A DNA stretch of 64,000 bases from Comamonadaceae bacterium (GTDB lineage: Bacteria; Pseudomonadota; Gammaproteobacteria; Burkholderiales; Burkholderiaceae_C): the NCBI GenBank assembly GCA_947380945.1, contig CANCTD010000001.1:849-64848 (forward strand), in the 5' to 3' direction. How positions within the stretch are numbered: the stretch's first letter is position 1; every line of letters starts with the position of its first letter. This document shows positions 61,199 to 64,000 of the stretch, piece after piece. The notes below the pieces were generated by a model. It was not told the DNA's origin and made no database searches. It saw only the letters and a program-made list of their open reading frames with translations. A program made the translations under genes and the position numbers.

Positions 61199-61951
61199 TC
61201 AGACCACCGCACCCAGATAGGCGGCTTGCACCGCCGGGTCCGCGCGCACCGCCTGCGGGGTACCAAAAGCGATGATGCGGCCCTGGACCAGCACGGCAAT
61301 TTTGTCGGCCAGGTCCGCAACCACCGCCATGTCGTGTTCGACCAGCAGCAGGGTTTTGCCCTCGGTCAGCCTGCGGATCAGCGCGGTGAAGTGCGCCGCC
61401 TCGCTGCGGTTCATGCCGGCCGTGGGCTCGTCCAAGAGCAGCACATCGGCACCGCTGCCCAGGGTGATGCCCAGCTCCAATGCGCGCTGCTGCGCATAAG
61501 GCAGATGGGCGGCCAGGGTCTGCGCCTGCGCCGCCAAACCCAGGCCTTCGATCAGCGTGTCGGTGCGCGCCGTGGCGTCACGCAAAGAACCCACCAGCCG
61601 CACAAAGCTGTAGCCATAGCCCAGGCTCCACAACACGCTGCAGCGCAGGTTCTCGTACACGCTGAGCTGGGGGAACACCTTGCTGATCTGGAAGCTGCGC
61701 GCCAGCCCCAAGCGGGCAATCGCAAAAGGCTTCATGCCGTGGATGCTTCGGCCGTGCAGCTCAACAGTTCCGGCGCTCGGTCGGGCATGTCCGCTGATCA
61801 AATTGAATACCGTGGACTTGCCCGCGCCGTTGGGGCCTATGAGCGCGACCCGTTCACCGGCTTGCACGCACAAATCCAGGCCGCAAACGACCTCGGTGCT
61901 GCCAAAGCGCTTGTGCAGCGCCTGCAAGGTCAAGGCCGGTGGCGGCGTCAC
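61199..61951 (-). CDS. Branched-chain-type ABC transporter ATP-binding protein (LivG-like)
   Basis: GPNGAGKST, ARSFQI, LDEPTAGM, VEHDM, AAYLG; GTG start overlapping the upstream stop (GTGA) chosen, start uncertain. Confidence 0.88.
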   Translation of the reverse strand: MTPPPALTLQALHKRFGSTEVVCGLDLCVQAGERVALIGPNGAGKSTVFNLISGHARPSAGTVELHGRSIHGMKPFAIARLGLARSFQISKVFPQLSVYENLRCSVLWSLGYGYSFVRLVGSLRDATARTDTLIEGLGLAAQAQTLAAHLPYAQQRALELGITLGSGADVLLLDEPTAGMNRSEAAHFTALIRRLTEGKTLLLVEHDMAVVADLADKIAVLVQGRIIAFGTPQAVRADPAVQAAYLGAVV

Positions 61952-63240
61952 CACTGGCCTCGCTGCAAGTGCGCTTGCGCGTTCCATTCCGCAGCTGTGT
62001 GGGCGCGCGCGTGGCGCGCTGCACAACGCGGGTACAGCCAGGCGATGGGTAAAACCCCCGCCACGAAAAACGCCAGCGCAGTCAGCCAACTGCGCGGCGT
62101 GGCGAAGTCCAGCGCCAGGCCCATGAAGTGGAATGCGCTGCCGCTGGCCGCGTCCAGTTGCCGGTGGTAGAGCATCTCCACCGCCAGCGCCAGACCCCAG
62201 AACGCCAGGGCTGTGCACGCCGCCAGCGCGCCATACCAGGGCAGCAGCGCCGCAAGGCGTCCGCTGCGCGCCAGGCGCAGCTGCTGCGCCAGCAAGCCGG
62301 ACACACCGCCGGGCGCGTACAAGACCACCAGCACAAAGCCCAGCCCCAGGTAGAGCAACCAGGCCCGGGTCCAGGCGCTGAGCAGCACGGTGCAAACAAC
62401 CATCAAAATGCCGCCGAGCACCGGCCCGGCAAAGCTGCCAGCGCCACCGATCACCGTGAACACCAGGTAGGCACCTGAGCGGGCCGCGCCCACCGCCTCG
62501 GCATTGACGACTTCAAAATGCAGCGCAGCCATGCCCCCTGAAACGCCTGCAAAAAACCCGGCGACCACCATGGCGAGGTAGCGCACGCGCTGCGGGTCAT
62601 AGCCGAGCGACGCGACCCGCTGTGGGTTGTCGCGCACCGCACAAAGCATGCGCCCCAGCGGCGTTTGCGTGAACAGGTACATCAGCCCGGCGCAGACCAG
62701 TGTGTACAAGGCCAACAGGTAATACAAAGCGATGGGCGGGCCGAAACGCAGGCCCCAGACCGCAGGGCCGGTCGCCCGGTTGCAGCTGATGCCGGCCTCG
62801 CCCCCAAAAAATCCCGGCAACAGCGTGGTCAGCGCGTAGACCAGTTCGCCCAGGCCCAGGGTCACCATCGCAAAACTGCTGCCCGCATGGCGCGTGCTGA
62901 AGTAGCCGAACACCGCCGCAAACACCAAACCACCCAGACCACCGCACAGCGGCACCAGCGACACCGGCAGGTAAGCCCCTGCAGTGCTCCAAGTATTGAG
63001 CGCGTGCATGGCCACAAAACCACCCAGCCCCACATAGACCGCATGGCCGAAACTCAGCATGCCGCCCTGACCGAAAAGCAGATAAAAGGACAGGCAAGCG
63101 ACCACTGCAATGCCCATTTGTGACAGCAGCGCGAGCGCAAAGCTGCCGGGGAAAAGCAGGGGCGCAAGCACCAGCGACAGGGCGCACACAGGCCAGACCA
63201 TCCAGTCGCGCCAGGCTGGCAAACGGTGCATCGCGTTCAC
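61948..63240 (-). CDS. Branched-chain-type ABC transporter permease (LivM-like)
   Basis: GQGGMLSFGHA, FAMVTL, GGEAGI, AVRDNPQR, IGGAGSFAGP; start at GTGA overlap or ATG 63231. Confidence 0.88.
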   Translation of the reverse strand: MNAMHRLPAWRDWMVWPVCALSLVLAPLLFPGSFALALLSQMGIAVVACLSFYLLFGQGGMLSFGHAVYVGLGGFVAMHALNTWSTAGAYLPVSLVPLCGGLGGLVFAAVFGYFSTRHAGSSFAMVTLGLGELVYALTTLLPGFFGGEAGISCNRATGPAVWGLRFGPPIALYYLLALYTLVCAGLMYLFTQTPLGRMLCAVRDNPQRVASLGYDPQRVRYLAMVVAGFFAGVSGGMAALHFEVVNAEAVGAARSGAYLVFTVIGGAGSFAGPVLGGILMVVCTVLLSAWTRAWLLYLGLGFVLVVLYAPGGVSGLLAQQLRLARSGRLAALLPWYGALAACTALAFWGLALAVEMLYHRQLDAASGSAFHFMGLALDFATPRSWLTALAFFVAGVLPIAWLYPRCAARHARAHTAAEWNAQAHLQRGQW

Positions 63241-64000
63241 GCTGAAGGCCGACCCAGCAAGCCCTGCGGGCGCAGCACCAGGACAGCGAGCATCAGCACA
63301 AAGGGCAGAACGGGTGCCAGCCGGGCCAGTGTCACACCCGGCAGCAGCGACACATCCAGCGAGACCGCTGCGGTTTGCAGCAGCCCGATCAGCAAGGACG
63401 CGGCAAAAGCGCCACCCAGCGAACCCAAGCCGCCCACCACGGCCACCACGAAAACCATCGCCCCCATGCTGGCGGCCATGCCAGGCTCGGTCAAATAAGT
63501 GCTGCCACCCACAACCCCGGCCAGAGCCGCCAGGGCACTGCCCACACCGAACAGCAACATGTGCAAGCGCGGCAGATCGTGGCCCAGGCTGTTGACCATC
63601 TCCGGGTGGGTCAGCGCAGCCCGTATCACCAGCCCGGTGCGCGTGCGCGTGAGCACGGCTGCAATCACTGTGAGCATCAGCAAAGCCACGAGCACCATCA
63701 ACGCCCGTGTGGCGGGAAAAGGCGAACAGCTCAAAGCCACCGCAGCGCTTGCGCCGCACAGCCCCTGCGGCGCGGCCCCCCAGACCCAACGCAAGCCCTC
63801 GCCGGTCTGCTGCACCAAGGTGAAGGCCGGCCCTTGCAGGAGCGACGCAGGCTGGAAGTCCAGCGCCGCGCGGCCCCACATCAGTTGCACGATTTCCAAA
63901 ACCACATAAGAGAAGCCGAAGGTGACCAGCAACTCGGGCACATGGCCCAAAACATGGACCCGCCGCAGGCAGCAGCGTTCAAACAAGGCACCCAAAAAGC
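63237..64000 (-). CDS. Branched-chain-type ABC transporter permease (LivH-like), 5'-truncated
   Basis: LLVTFG, TRTGLVIRAA, VVGGLGSLGG, LRPQGLLG. Confidence 0.88.
   Translation of the reverse strand, partial: FLGALFERCCLRRVHVLGHVPELLVTFGFSYVVLEIVQLMWGRAALDFQPASLLQGPAFTLVQQTGEGLRWVWGAAPQGLCGASAAVALSCSPFPATRALMVLVALLMLTVIAAVLTRTRTGLVIRAALTHPEMVNSLGHDLPRLHMLLFGVGSALAALAGVVGGSTYLTEPGMAASMGAMVFVVAVVGGLGSLGGAFAASLLIGLLQTAAVSLDVSLLPGVTLARLAPVLPFVLMLAVLVLRPQGLLGRPSA

Overview
High-GC betaproteobacterial chromosome segment. Gene content and protein sequences look like Comamonadaceae/Burkholderiales; this is recognition, not a database result. About 51 kb (13.5-64 kb) is housekeeping: merR-ihfA-pheTS-rplT-rpmI-infC-thrS, aceA, dppBCDFA, clpB, moaE/moaD/moeA, thrC/hom, a PIN-PhoH protein, dnaB-rplI-rpsR-priB-rpsF, ppsA/ppsR, rlmD-nlpD-pcm-surE, beta-oxidation genes and a Liv-type ABC transporter. 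hpnD/hpnE lie at the left edge. The one clear accessory region is a ~11.4 kb capsid-less, satellite-like integrated element (1913-13353) at the 3' end of tRNA-Pro(GGG), with visible att cores, 12-bp arm-type repeats and IHF-like boxes. It encodes a P4-type integrase, a regulator-position protein carrying an apparent copy of the translation initiation factor IF2 N-terminal domain, AlpA, a stand-alone CHC2 zinc finger, a RepA/AAA helicase with convergent iteron-like repeats in its 3' end, two small Zn-finger proteins (one HGGxSTG), a DUF932 plus Cys-rich gene pair, and a single-chain R-M-S restriction-modification enzyme. That enzyme has an A9 tract at the methylase/specificity junction. The best candidates for undescribed biology are the IF2-N fusion regulator and possible slippage-based production of RM and RMS chains from one gene. 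All family assignments come from motif recognition by eye; no searches were run.
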